Notes: generated by a model not told the origin, from the sequence alone. A stretch of 63,984 bases of DNA, filler included, from Octopus bimaculoides (GCF_001194135.2; 6 parts of 6 records of this genome joined end to end with filler, not necessarily neighbours in it); one strand, 5' to 3'; counted from the first letter of the whole stretch, positions 23,471 to 38,449 are shown. Numbers and translations are program-made.

Positions 23471-23959
23471 GAGTCATGCAATGCATGCCAATTGTTGACA
23501 TCATCAGTGGTTTGTATCTAAATCAACTAGATAAGGACAAATGAACGAAGCAGTCATTTTTAATGTAATTATATACATTTTAGTCAAATATTTTATAGGG
23601 AAAAGAATAATTTAGAAAGGTATTGAAAATACTACCGAAGTGATCTCTAAGAATGTAATAAAATGAGAAGCTTAAATACTTACAGCGAGCATTATAATAG
23701 ACAGACACGTATGAACCAAAGCAATAGAATTTTAGTTAATCTGAGCAATATAATTAATCACTAAGAATGTAAAATGACTCAACAGCTTGTCGGTGCTCTC
23801 GGTTTATGACCGGATGAATTAAACAGACGAGAATAGATCAGAAATATATCTCACAAAGAAAATATGGAATATTTACCACAAATTACCTCAGTCTTTCTAC
23901 GTGAATCAATGTATGTATGAGTCTTTACATGTGTGAGAGAGTGAGTGTGGGTATGGGTT

Positions 23960-24390
<431 letters not shown>

Positions 24391-25116
24391 CATACGATCA
24401 CTAGTACTTAGACCCAATGTGCCTGACTTTGATATTTAACGAATTAGATATCACAGCATCAGTCAATTGTTTAGTTTAATTCTATTAATAACCATAAAAA
24501 CCAATATTTAAACGCTTTTCGGATGAAAATCAATAAATTATTTGAATGAAAATGCAGTAATCCCAATAATTGTAATGATTTTTTATTGTTTAATTTGATA
24601 CAGAGAAACCGAATTTGATATTTTAGTATCAATTCATTTTCTTTACATTTCATTAATATTTATGTCTTACAATTATATTTGGGTTGATATTGTAATTTTA
24701 TTTTTTTGTTTTGTTTTTAGGTTGGTATATTTATAATGGGTTCAATAATATATTTATATATGTGTATGGCTTAATGGTTGAGAATTTCGCTTCACAATCA
24801 CGAGATTAAATGTACAGGTTCGATCCTACTGCATGGTATTTTAGGAAATGCTTTTAACTACAGCGTTGCCTTGTGACTAAAACTGGATAGATGGGAACCA
24901 CTGTGTACGGGAGTGTTGGATGGACTGTGCTCGTAATTTCTAAAAGCCAGACTTGTCAATTTGCCTTACACTGATTTAACCTGAGAAATACGTTAAGGGT
25001 TACTGTGTTTGTGGAATTTAGGCATTAATCCAATGAGTATAGAGTTCAGTTGATCGAATAACCGAATGCTCATGCGTCGAAACCGGCAGAGATCCATTAA
25101 ATGTGTTTGCATATAG

Positions 25117-25166
<50 letters not shown>

Positions 25167-25209
25167 CACACACACACACACATTCCCTCTCTATCTATCT
25201 CTTTTCAAG

Positions 25210-25325
25210 ACCAGTGACTGTTTTTCAAGTGTTGGTGATCTTGGAACACCGGTGTATGGCCATGATCTTATGGTACATGTAGCAATCCCTTTGCCTAACG
25301 ATGAAATTAGCCCTGTGCTTGAAAG
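25210..25325 (+). CDS. Candidate 116-nt internal exon (TSDCFSSVGDLGTPVYGHDLMVHVAIPLPNDEISPVLE)
   Basis: ctcttttcaag| acceptor and AAG|gtaagc donor; only frame 0 is open. Confidence 0.35.
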
Positions 25326-25384
25326 GTAAGCGCAGAAAAGCAGGAAACCAGCAGAGTAAGCTCTAAATAAACTGACAGACGTCA

Positions 25385-25790
25385 AAAAGAAACTACAGCT
25401 GCGTCTGCCTCAAGCAAAAATCAGACAATAACACAGAGTCATATAGTGACCTGTGTATCGTCTTACGCCAGTGTGTTGTCTTATTGGCCCCACCAAAGTT
25501 CGATGCTAAGTAAAAATACATATATATTATGAACTCTCCCAATATTAGACGACGTATGAGGGTTCGGCAATTTCTTGCCGAGCAACCACACAAATGTTTG
25601 TGTTCATATAAGCTCACTCCGGCCATCAAATTGACATTACCTGTATGGGTGCATCGCGTGCCTCATGTCAGATGACGAAATGATCGCAGAGCAACGTGAA
25701 ATGAAATGCTTTGCTCAAGAACACAACGCAGCGATCTCGCAATCGTGAGTGTAACACCGTAACCACTAACCCATGCCGAGATGTGTTTCT
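25385..25790 (-). mobile_element. SINE family B variant
   Basis: Reverse complement of the 2017-2320 family (ttgctcaagaacacaacgca...aaccactaacc). Confidence 0.75.
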
Positions 25791-26331
25791 ACGAACATGT
25801 TGGCTCTGGGAAAAGCTCAGGAAGTCGCTTCACCAGCTGGAACTGGACAAAAAAAAAGGATTGGATTTTATTCAGACTTAATATACTAAAAGACAGTCAA
25901 CTGACGACGGGTTAAATTTGGTGGAACTTCATAGATATTCAACTGGCCCGCAGTTCATGGATCTGAACGCACTGCAGTACATCAAAAAACACTTCGATAG
26001 CAATAACAGAAGATATAAATCAAGTAAATGAATCATGAAGCAGGTAGCTAAGATAAAACTATTGATTTAAAGCTATATTATTTATTGAACACTCTCAAAG
26101 ATCCTATAAAACATTAGTTACTGTTCCAATATCTGACTCGGCGCGGTTGCTACGCACGCAAACATAAGAGACGGTATGAATAGAATCCAGATGAGCTGCA
26201 AAAACTCAGTCACCAACGTATAGCGCCGTCAAGTTCACGAATGAACTGTCTCCTCTCTATAACTTATCCGCTGCAACTACAATAGCCGCTGCTTGTCAGA
26301 ACCAGCTAGTCATATACACGCACAAACTTAC

Positions 26332-26460
26332 CGGGTATACACAACACACTCGTTTCTTTTCTACCCCGTCGCCCAGCTGTATCTTAATTCCACCAGGCAC
26401 CGCACTAATGACATCAAGTGTTATCCTCCCCAAAACTAGTCCGTTCCACCTCCGTTTACA
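26332..26460 (-). CDS. Candidate 129-nt exon (CKRRWNGLVLGRITLDVISAVPGGIKIQLGDGVEKKRVCCVYP), or a first/UTR exon
   Basis: Donor CCG|gtaagt; single open frame; weak acceptor ggctgtag; CpG-rich context. Confidence 0.25.
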
Positions 26461-26834
26461 CTACAGCCATTAAATTACATATGTGCAGTCAGAACAGCCG
26501 TATTCACCTACCTATCTCAGATGATCGTGGCCACCTCTCCTTCCGTATAGCTATACAAATATATATACATGCGCTTAAAAAACACATATATGTATTTGTG
26601 AATGCGTGTGTTTGTTTATTTGTACTGCTTGTTTGTGTATCGGTGCGTATTTTTTTGTTGAATTGATGTATAGATACTTGTTCCAGTGTTGTTTGATATG
26701 ATAAAAAAAAAAAAAGGAAAGCTAGAGTTCACTTTGTGAGAAAACGAGTTTCTAACACTAAATAGAGTTTCTCGTGCACACCAAGTATATTTTGGACGTG
26801 CTCTTAATCAGACAGAAAAGTAAAAGTTACAGAG

Positions 26835-26870
<36 letters not shown>

Positions 26871-27518
26871 GGAACTTATATTATAGTCTTCGAGAAAAAA
26901 TATTATAGATATATTGAAAAGTAAAATAAATGAATACGTATGCATAACGTTTCGTTGGTTTTCTATATAAAAAGAGTGCATTGTGGTTATTGAGTTTTCA
27001 AAACGATACATAATTGATGGTGTAGAATATGTAGTCAGTTAGGGCCGACAGATATAAATGTATTTGCTTTGCATTTGTTAGTGTTTTTCTTGGTGTTATT
27101 AATATTTTGTTGGAATGTTTTTGTTTAGTTCCTTTATTATATTTAGTTTCTATGTAATATAAATATATGGAGATTGATAATGCACTTTGCAAAATAGAGA
27201 CCCTCTTGCAAAATTCTTTATTATGTGGTTGCATACATCAATACTTACAGTTGTAGATATACATTTACATATAGATATACATATGCACAGATGATATAAA
27301 CCTATGTGTGTATCTGTATGACTGCTTTTCTTTTTTCTATAAAATTAAATATCATGTATACTTAATTTCAATTATTCACCTGATGTTTGTTTTCTTTTCC
27401 TACTTTTGGATTTTTCTCTAAACGTTTTAATATTTCATTTTGTACATTTCTATTGTTCTTTTTGGATGATAATAGACTATATTTAACCTTAGAAACAGGC
27501 GTATCTATGATACACGCA

Positions 27519-27611
<93 letters not shown>

Positions 27612-27701
27612 GTTGATGAATAATGTAAATGTCCTTCGACTGGACATTTACATTATTTTGACACTTTATAGTATATAAAGATGTGAATATAATAGTGTAT
27701 G

Positions 27702-27748
<47 letters not shown>

Positions 27749-28013
27749 ATATAAAACATGGAAATCTACAGGAGTTTCACCAAACGGCTGACAACTAGGA
27801 GACGATCAACTATCAGGCGAAACTCGAGGAAGTTGTAAATCTTTTTTTATAGTCAACATATTTGGTAACTCTACCCCAAGTATTAAATTCTATATCAGAT
27901 AACATTTGCTCTATGTCTAGAATATATGCTCTTATACATATTACACTTATATATGTGTGCGTATGTGGATGTATGTATGTATGCATTCATGTATATATGC
28001 ATGTTTGTGTGTG

Positions 28014-28081
<68 letters not shown>

Positions 28082-29342
28082 CTTATGTTTGTTTCAGATA
28101 AGTGTAAATTTCTCGTTTTGGGAAAATAGTTTAATAATTGTAATAAATAAAAGTGAGACGTTCAGTATCTATATATAAAGACAGAGTGGTTGTTCAGTGT
28201 GTGTGTGGAGATTGAGTGAATAAAATCATATGTACTTCAGATACACAGAAGCAATTTCTGTTGCGTATGTTATCTTATTGTCATTATATAACTTTTGTCT
28301 AAATCAAGAGGTAACTCACGCAACAAATTTTCTTATCTTTGGTTTTCAATGATTTTTTTAATGTCTGAGGTGAGGAATGACTGCACATATAACCGTTTCC
28401 TGGTCACATGCACAGAAACTGAAGTGGAAAAAATGAGCTAATCATCTTCAAACTAGTAACATGTTCTTGCAACGGAATGGTTTAAATTTCAAAGTACCCA
28501 AGAACTTGTGCCACGGAGGGCAACTTTCTAGGTGCAATCCCATGGTCATTCATAACCGAAGGGGGTATTTACCCTTTTTGATGACAGACAGAAGGCATAG
28601 CTTCAGTTTAACACTGGCACCACTTCGGAATGGTTCCATGTAGTTTCTGTCAAAGCAATTCGCAAATTTTGAACCAACCTGATACCATGGTAGAAGACAC
28701 TAGCCCATGGTACCTTGCAATGGCTGTTGTGATTAGAAAGCTTACTATTTTACCACGCAGTCATGCATGCTCTCCTTATGGTTAAACATTCCGTTCACAA
28801 ATTTCTCAATTTGATTTGATTGATTTTTTTTCCTAGACAATTTCACACTTCAAGTCTGGCTTGGCGTCGCAGAAAGAGACAGACAGACAGATAGACCGAG
28901 ACAGAGAAAGACAAACAGACTGACAGACAGAGTGAGTGAGTGTGAGAAGGAGAAAAAGAGAGAGAGAATGTCTCAGAGTACATATAGCCACAACATCATT
29001 GCCATTGACATTTATAATCAATAATAAATATCAGACAGCGTAACATTTTCAACTGAAAAAGCTCTTGTCCTGACGGCACGTTTCTTTAAAGTACATTAGA
29101 TCGACCGACATGCATACTCATTGAAAACGCATCCGTGTTTAAATATCACAAAGCTGCATCTTCTCAAGTGACATTGACACTCTCCCAAGAGTTCGATGCC
29201 GTCAGAAACACCAACGGCATCAGTTTCACAGTAAACTACGTTCAATCTCAGACTCTGTAAACTGCGCCTGACTTCACAAGTGAATGGGCAACGCTTCTCT
29301 TCAACCTCCTCGACGTCCTCCACCATTTCCTTCACTTCCTCT

Positions 29343-29349
29343 CCCCTAT

Positions 29350-29380
<31 letters not shown>

Positions 29381-29385
29381 GCAAC

Positions 29386-29459
<74 letters not shown>

Positions 29460-29612
29460 TGATGATGATGATGATGATAATCCTTTCCACTATAGGCACA
29501 AGGCCTGAAATTTGGTGGGGGGAGTCAATACATCGACTCCAGTGCGTAACTGGTACTTATTTCATCGACCCCGATAGGATGAAAGGTAAAGTCGACCTCG
29601 GCGGAATTTAAA
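29343..29612 (-). mobile_element. SINE family D with an expanded trinucleotide tail ((TCA)n(TTA)n(TTG)n)
   Basis: aatcctttccactataggcacaaggcctg...gtcgacctcggcggaattt directly abuts the triplet array at 29343-29478. Confidence 0.8.
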
Positions 29613-31069
29613 TGTTAAGGACAGTTTGATTTATATAATGTATAAGCATTTCTTTAGTTCGTTCAACCTATTGCAGCTAAGACCATGCTGGAGCACAACC
29701 CTCACAGTTGATTAATCTATATTTTAAACTATCACTCTATGTTTTTTTACATGCTTCTTATGGTTTTCACTAAATATGGCATCTCTGTTTGGTAGATACA
29801 TCTAGGTGTCATTTTTTTTTCTTTTTTGTTAAATTGCTGATCAGTTCTGTAAATGACTAACGGCTGCTGTGGAGGTTTCTGGTACTAGTTTTGAATAAGG
29901 ACGCTTTTGGGATCCAACAATACATCCCATTCCCCTTGTATGTTTTCTCTCTTCTATGGCACAGTTCAAAACCAAATTTTCATGCCTCTTCCATATGTGT
30001 CATTTTCTTTCTACTTGTTCCAAAGAATAGAGACGTAATGCCTGAAGATGTATTTTCAGAGTGTTTAATTTTCCTGATTAATTTTTCTAAATGTTATGGC
30101 AATACATGAGAGAATCGATAAAGTGATGGATACAAGGGCATGAGACGCTTTAGTACAAAACCAGAAGCGAAACCAGAAGCGAAAAAAGCTTAGTTATCAT
30201 GCTCGACCTTTGGTAATCAATGAAGGCAGCGACTTTGACCTGGCGGTTCTTCAACAAGGGACACATCAATACAGGGGCCAAAGAATCACAACTACTCCCG
30301 CCTATACTACACCTTTCGCGTGCTTAAAGCTACGGGAGTAGTGGTATTCCAAGCCTCAACCATCAGTGATCAACAAAGACCATAACTGATTACGCAACAC
30401 TTCAACAAGAGATGCAATCGTTATCCGTCTATCATTTCCGCTCACAAGCTTTTGGTCATCTTGAGTCTATGAAAGAAAACAGTTACGCCAGGTACAATGC
30501 AGTGGAATCCTACTAAGAACCATGTAGTTGCGAAACGAAATTCTTAACCCATACAGCCATACATGCGCCCGCTTTGTTTACAGCTTTCCTTTCTCTAAAT
30601 CTGTGTTCCCGCCTTGTGCTTGTACTAGAAATCAATATTTCAAAGAAGAAATACACACAAATATCTAATACTTTTATTTTACAAGTAAAAGAAAATCAAA
30701 TCTTAACGTTACTTGCTTCAAGGAACTTCATTAAATGTGGATGCCAAATTTGTTGGGTTTTTTTCTAATATATGAAAGTTATTTAAATGATTCCAAATTG
30801 CGAAATATAATTTAATTTCATTTTTTTTTAAAGTTTCTCAACCACAATGGCTGAATTTAACAAAATAAATGAGAGGACATAAGAAAAATCTATTTAAAGT
30901 CATTTATTACAACACTTCATTGATATAATATTTTTAACAAAATAGAATTTTATCTTTAACAAGTTTGAATCTCGACGGATTTATTGTTAGTACTTTTTTT
31001 TATGTAATTCAGTTTATTTTTGCTGTTTTATTTTAATGTAATACTTCTTCAGTATTTAAATGAAGCAAA

Positions 31070-31285
31070 TCGGTGAGCTTGCAGAGTCATTACTGCACCA
31101 GGCAAAATGCTTAACGGTATTTCTTCCGGCTTTACGTTCGGAGTTCAAGTACCACCGGCGTCGACTCAACCTTTCACCTTTTTCAGGGCAATTAAAATAA
31201 GTACCAATTGATCACTGGGTCGATGTAATCGACTTACCCCGCCCCCGAAATCGCTAGCCTTGTGGCAAAATTTGAAACCAGTGTT
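31070..31285 (+). mobile_element. SINE family D, near full length
   Basis: ggtgagcttgcagag...gagttcaagt...ggtcgatgtaatcgact...gccttgtggcaaaatttgaaac. Confidence 0.85.
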
Positions 31286-31729
31286 TAAATAAGGATTTTG
31301 TTTTATTAATTCATGATTACTCGTTATACACATGTGTGTGCGTGAGTGTGTGTACTCACACACAAATGGATGACTAGGCGAAAGTATCACTCAAAACATA
31401 GTTGGGGTGTTAAATATTTAGCAGCAAATTGTCTCAGTTCCTCATTCTTTAAAATTTCGTGGGCGTAGAACACATCCACATCGTTATATATATATATATA
31501 TATACGATTACTGTAGAATAGAGTTGTACTTTCTATTAGTTTGTTTTCTCTATTTCGCTTTTTTTAATGCCGTGTAAAATAAAACATCACAATTGATCTT
31601 TATCGATCGTGAGTACATAGCTGTTCGGTAAAAGAGTGTCGTACTTGTAGAGTTAATATAACAGCAGGAGTTGTGAAGTTAACAATTTTCACATCCGCAA
31701 CAGGATTTATAAATCGCTTTAAACAACTG

Positions 31730-32600
31730 TAACCGGTTCGCAGGTTTACAGATAAGAAACATTTTAATTTTTGTAGTATATCATTTTTGTTAGTTCACAG
31801 TTTGGTTCAATATATTTTGCGTTTGTTTTACGAGAATTTTATATCATATTAATTTAAAACATTCGAAATGTTTTTCTGTTTTAGTACTTTTGGTGAAGGT
31901 ATTTGTTACGTTTTATTTGTTGCAGTGTTCTACGGCTTGTACTATTCTTAAAGTACCTTTTGTTAACTAATCTTTGTTTTATACTGCGTATATATCAAGT
32001 ACTTCGTTTGTAAAGACGCATCTAAATGGTCTTCTGCGTAGGGATTTTACCATTGTCATTTTCCTGTCTGTATAGGTATTCTCTGTTTCCTTATAATTAT
32101 AAGCATATATACGTGTCTTCGGTGTAATCGGACGTAGTGTAACTATTGTTTCCTATCTGAATGTTACAACTCCTAGCAATACAATGGCTCCATTTCTAAA
32201 CATTCTAAAAATGGAGTCATTGTATAGCTGAGAGTTGTATTTCTACTGTTCTAGATGTTGAATTTTAGTATAGAGTTGTTTTGCAAGTCATCCATTAATT
32301 TCACACCTTCCAATGTGTCCATTATGACAACATATCTACAGTATATCCCTTGGTACCACTTTGTTTTGTTCTCTATTTTCGGTTAAGTAGAAAACATAAA
32401 CATAGCCTCTAAGGAAAAACCTGTCTTTGCGATCTGTTTATATAATTTGTTCGTAGACACCATTCTGTTTTATTCTAGGATGCTTGTATAAATAATTTAC
32501 CCCTTTGCCTGTCTACATATCACAAGTAATACACAAGATATGTTTCTCTGACATCCATGCATCATATATGATACATATTCCAATTTTTTTCAACCACCAG
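31730..32600 (-). mobile_element. Highly degenerate Penelope-like RT fragment
   Basis: LYKQI...GF.L...; YCRYV(DD deleted)VIMDTLEGVKLMDDLQNNSILKFNI; many stops and frameshifts. Confidence 0.65.
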
Positions 32601-32672
32601 AGTAATTTGGAACTTATAACACTAAATTTTATATTACTCAGAGCATTCGAAACAAGGGATAACTGAGCTTAC

Positions 32673-32735
32673 GTATTACATAAACATGTAATTTATTCCA
32701 TACTACGTGAAGAAGGTTGTGAAACGGTCGTGATC
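32673..32735 (-). CDS. Candidate 63-nt exon (xSRPFHNLLHVVWNKLHVYVI)
   Basis: cacttaacttccacag|G acceptor with branch-like cttaac; donor |gtaagc. Confidence 0.25.
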
Positions 32736-32970
32736 CTGTGGAAGTTAAGTGGTTAATAAATATATACACACTACTCATATCCATTGACTTCATGATTCTA
32801 TAGAAACATGAAATGCGATCTTCAACGCCCAAGATGACATGGCTGGAACGCTTTTAATTATAGATCTGCTGACAGCAAAACACCAACAACAACGAGAAGC
32901 AAAGGTTTGGCGTAGGAATATAACGAGATTAAACTACTCTTCTTATTCCAATATGTCTTATCGATGTCTC

Positions 32971-33018
<48 letters not shown>

Positions 33019-33611
33019 CAACACACACACACAACACACACACACACAACACACACACACACAACACACACACACACGCACGCACGCAAGCACTAAGTAA
33101 TGGTGCTTCTATCCAAGAATACACATTTGAATGGGATTTTAATAGCTTTTGAATAGATCGATATTACAGGTGATAATACTGGCGCCTGATAAGTTGTCAA
33201 TTGGTCGATAGAAATAGAAAAATATTAAAATTAATGCACTGCTTGCTTCGAATCAGATGCACACCGAGCATGCATCACGTACACACGAACACAAACTAAT
33301 CTTAAAACAGATTATAATATTCTCGTACTATCTCCGAAATGCAGTTACCACACACACAAACACGTGCACGCACGCACACACACATATGCACGCACACGTT
33401 AAGACACAAACGCAATGGTTTGTGCCTATCTGTTAGTCGTGCACATATACATACATGTATTGAAAAATGTACACACATACGCGCACATATTTGCGTACGA
33501 TAAGATGGAGCGATGGTTGTGTGCGTATATGTATGTGTATTAGCATGTGACTACAATAATTTGTAAATCTGAATTTAATGAATATTTTCATTAATATCAA
33601 TATGATTATGA

Positions 33612-33650
<39 letters not shown>

Positions 33651-33751
33651 CACCTTATTACATATGGGATTTCGTACTTCAATATGTACATATTTAGTCT
33701 ATATGAATACACAAACATGAATAGATATTGCAATACAAACATAGAGCTTTC

Positions 33752-33826
<75 letters not shown>

Positions 33827-33839
33827 GACAGGCAGACAG

Positions 33840-33894
<55 letters not shown>

Positions 33895-35323
33895 TGTCTA
33901 TCACATATATTAAGCATGTGTATAAATGCGCCTGTATTTAATAAAATAAGTGCGTGTGTGTGTGTGTGCCGAGGCAATGAGGGTTATGCGAGATGTGGTT
34001 ATTGTTAGTTTGAAACTATATATATATATATACATACATACACACGCTCTAACTTTTCGACTTATAACTTAAGTGTGCATGAGTAGTGTATCCTTACATC
34101 AGTTAGCGGGTGAGTACTAGTTATTTCATGTGTTCGTATCTGTTCCGTGTCTTCTTCCATACATTTCTGTGCGAGCGGCGGCGGCGAGGCATTACTCTAT
34201 TTTCAAATAACGTAGTTTTACACACATTCTTTCCTCTCTATTTTTCATAGCTGCTTATGTTTCTGCACTTGCTATTTCCTTACGTTCCTTTTCGTTCTGA
34301 ATTCAAATTGCACCAAGGTCAAATTTTCCTTTGATTCATTCGGATTCGATAAAATAAAGTACCGGTCAACTACTGAGGTCCATTCGCTAGGATATGACCA
34401 CTTCCAAATCTTGTGAGCTTGTTTCCTGTCATTTTGCTTTTGCTTTGGTGATCTCATTTAAAACCATACTTTTGGTTGTGACCAAAGCGATGATAGTTGT
34501 AATAGTGGTGGAGCCGATGGTGAATGTGACGAAGATGTTGGTACTTTGATTCTTCAGTTTCTGGCGGTTTCTGGTTTTTTGTCTTTCTTTTTTACTTTTA
34601 GTTGTAGTAGTTGTAGTATTCAAAGTCATTGCGATCAAAGCGGCAAGTATTTAGTATGTTAGACAAAAACAAGAGAAAAAAGAAAGGAAGATATCTGAGA
34701 AGCTTCCCTAAGAATCATAACAAGATCAACGCAAGGTCTTAAAAGAATTAATGTTTTTCTAGTAAACAAGACATTTTTCTTGTTTTTGTTGATGCTTTTA
34801 TTGACGTTGAAATTATTCCATATTTTGCCATAGTGGCCCTGCTTAAAATATCTTTTATGCACTGTTTACGGATAAATCGTCTTAATAGAGGTCGCCTTCG
34901 TTCCTACTTATTTTGTTCCTATCCAAGTCAGCCATGAAATAAGCAAACTTATAATAAAAAAAGAAGCAATCCAACCAATACCAAACCGTTCTGCAGTAAA
35001 CCTGAAACTATACTGTCTAATATGGCCTTCCTTTCCTATGACAGTTGAGTTGTAATTTGATGGGCTTTTACCTCTATTTGAAGGAAATGGAGTAATCACG
35101 TAGATGGTCGATTGTTGTCTCTCCTACCTGAATCGACAAATGTAGACGAATTCATCTCAATAATTCAAATTGAGGAAAGACTGTAAGACCTTACGAAGAA
35201 ATGTCTGCTTATAGAGAAGTTCGTACCATAGCGTATATGCGTGTTTATCTACAATCTAATACATATTTATATATCTGTATCTTCATGTGTAGAAGCTCTG
35301 ATATATTTGTATCTCTCTCTATC

Positions 35324-35471
<148 letters not shown>

Positions 35472-36942
35472 TAGATAGATAGATACATAGATATATAAGA
35501 AACGGTCGTAAGATGCTTTAAAACTCAATTTAAAACTTTTAAACTGTCATATTTATTATTATATATTTATACGTGTACATATTTACATATATTTTTATAT
35601 ATATTTATATTTTAATACAAGAATTATTTTGCACACGTATATATATTTCTAAAGAATTTTCTAATATTGATTTCCTGATATTAATAATAATATATTATAG
35701 AAAATATATATATAATCGCTCGTATTAAATACATAAATACTTTAATAGTATTAATACTTTGATACAATAGACCACTCAATATAAGTTCAGTATATAATAT
35801 TCTCATTGAATATATTTAACTAAAGATTTATATAAACATACACATATGTATATATTATTTGTGAGTATGTGTCTTTGTGGTCGTTTTTGTCGCCCCTCCA
35901 CATGACAACTGGGGCTGGTTGTTTTGTGTTCATGTAACTTACCGACGATTCAGTAAAAAAAAATGGCCGACAGATTGAGTAACGATTTGTTCGCTTTTAT
36001 ACTCCCAACAAATAAGTGTTGCAGTGTGGTCGCAGTCCAATAACTGAAACAAGAAAAAAGAGTAAGAGACTAATTATATTCAGCAAAGAAGAAATAAATA
36101 ACTATGCAAGTGTTATTTATTCGTGATTATGTAAAACATATTTAAATATTCTTGTTTTTTTTTTTCTTCGTGCACAACAATGACATAAACAAGACGTAAT
36201 GAGGCAAGTGATAGCAAATATAGAAACTAATGTATCGACGGCTTGCTGGATTTTTTCTTCCATAAAAACAAAACAAGATCACTGTGTTTGTGTGTGTGTT
36301 TATGTGTGTATTTTTGTGCGTGTGTTAGTGCCTACACGCGTGTGCATGTTTGAGAGTGTTTGTTATCTAATAGATGTTAACATGTACAAATATATTTATG
36401 TGCTCATACACTCAGTCATGTATGTAGGTATGTGTGTGTATGTGTGTGGTGGGGTGTGTTTATCTGTGACCTAACAGATGTTTATATGTACGCATATTTA
36501 CCTGTACACATATAGACATATATATGTCAGTGTATATGGGTGTGTATCTACGATCTAATACATGTTTATATATCTGTATTTTCGTGTGTACACACATACA
36601 GTCAAACATATATGTGAATGCGCGTGCGTGTAAGTGCGTGTTTATGTATGTGAATCTTTGTGATGTAATAGGTGCTGACACATATTTAATATGTGTATAC
36701 ATACAAGTACACACATACAGACATACGTATGTGTTTGTGTTTGTATGAATGCGTGTGGGCAAATGTGTGTGCAAGCGAATCTGTATGTGTGTATTCGACT
36801 GAAGTTTGTATGGCTGGAAACTGAGTAACAATATGGCCGACTGGCTAAGAAATCGGTATTGCAATCATGAGGTCCTAGGGTCGATCCCATGGCGTGGCGT
36901 CATGGATAAATTTAATTTTCTAGAGCTTCGGATTGGCACATA

Positions 36943-38449
36943 CACCCAGAACCACGCTTAGAAGTGAAACTTAGGTTTTCTGTGAATCACTTTTGATAAA
37001 ACTTTTCCCAGATGGTTTGCACACTATGGCAACACCATTGTTATGTTTACATTATTCTGTGTAACGTCTTTTCTTTTTTTATTTCAGATTCTTCAGTTTT
37101 GGGGTGAACCACGCTAATGGTTTTTGAATGAAAATAACCCATCTAGACATTTTTTCAGAAAATGAAAGGTATTGATAGATATTAGGCATACATTGAGTAT
37201 ATGCTTAACAGAAAACTATAATAATGTTATAACATTTATTGACATAATGAATTATTTAGCCACATGAGCGCTATTTCGACAGATAACTTTAAAAACCCTA
37301 TTAGTTATGGAATCTGTCGATTTCTTAATAGCAGTAGGTTGGAATGCTCTGCTACAGCTTTGATGGTCACCCTTAAGACATCTTTCAACGCAAATTGGTG
37401 CCCATCGGCATAAACTTCTTGTTTAATGATGGACCAAAGATTTTCGATAGGGTTGAGATCCGGAAATGCTAACGGCCGCACCATCAACCTTTCACTTTGT
37501 ATGCTGTAGGACCCTAGGAATGTTTGGGTGGTCCTAGCAGAGTGGGAGGGAGCGTTGTCATGCATGAATATGAGATTAGAAGTGACAGCGGTATGTCATC
37601 TAGCCAGGGATGCAAAACCTCCTTCAGGAGATTGCAGTAGGCGACTGCGGTCACTTCAAAGTCTTCAGGCACCCTGAATGGGCCAACAAGTCTGTTCCCA
37701 GTGATACCAGCCCACAACTTGACTCCTCCACCCTGTTGGTGATGTCGTAAATGTTGGTTACTCTCATCTCCAAAACAGACCCAACCATTTGCCCAACCGT
37801 CAGGTTCGTCAAGGGTCGGCCTGGTTTCGTCAGTGAACAGAACACAATGCATGTCTAACGTCATGTACTTTTGGGCCCATTGAAGCCTCAAACTCTTGTG
37901 AGGAGGCAGTTTCAGGGGTTCTCGCACAGAAGTCATGGTCCCGAGGATGCGATTTCTGGTGGTTTTTGGTACATGAGGAAGCCCAGAGGCGGTGAAAATG
38001 GTTTTGCTTGTTTGTCCAGGTTTCCCACGTAACTTGCGACCAATACTCCTTAAATACCTAGCTGTCACAGTCTAAGAGGTCCCACAGCCGGATCGTTTCT
38101 TCTTTGGTGGTCATGTGGCTAAAAAATTCATTATGTCAATGAATTTTATAATACTTTTATGGCTTTCTGTTAAATTTTTACTCAATGTATGTTTAATATC
38201 TATGATTACCCTACATTTTCTGAAAAAATGTCTAGACGGGCTATTTTCATTCTAAAGATATTAGCGTGGTTCACCCCAAAACTGAAGAATCTGAAATAAA
38301 AAAGAAAGGACGTTACATAGAATAATGAAAGCATAACATTGGTGCTGCCATTGTGTACAAATCAGTTGTAAAAGTTTTATCAAAATCGATTCACAGAAAA
38401 CTGAGAAATCCTAAAATTTATTCCTAAGCTATTAGCGTGGTTTTGGGTG
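36943..38449 (-). mobile_element. Tc1-like DD37E (TRT-type) transposon, copy 2; both ~330-bp TIRs and TA flanks intact
   Basis: TA-cacccagaaccacgct...agcgtggttttgggtg-TA. TIRs at 36943-37267 and 38111-38449. LFTDETR...MHDNAPSH...PDLNPIENLW with D-E spacing 37; frameshifted. Confidence 0.93.
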
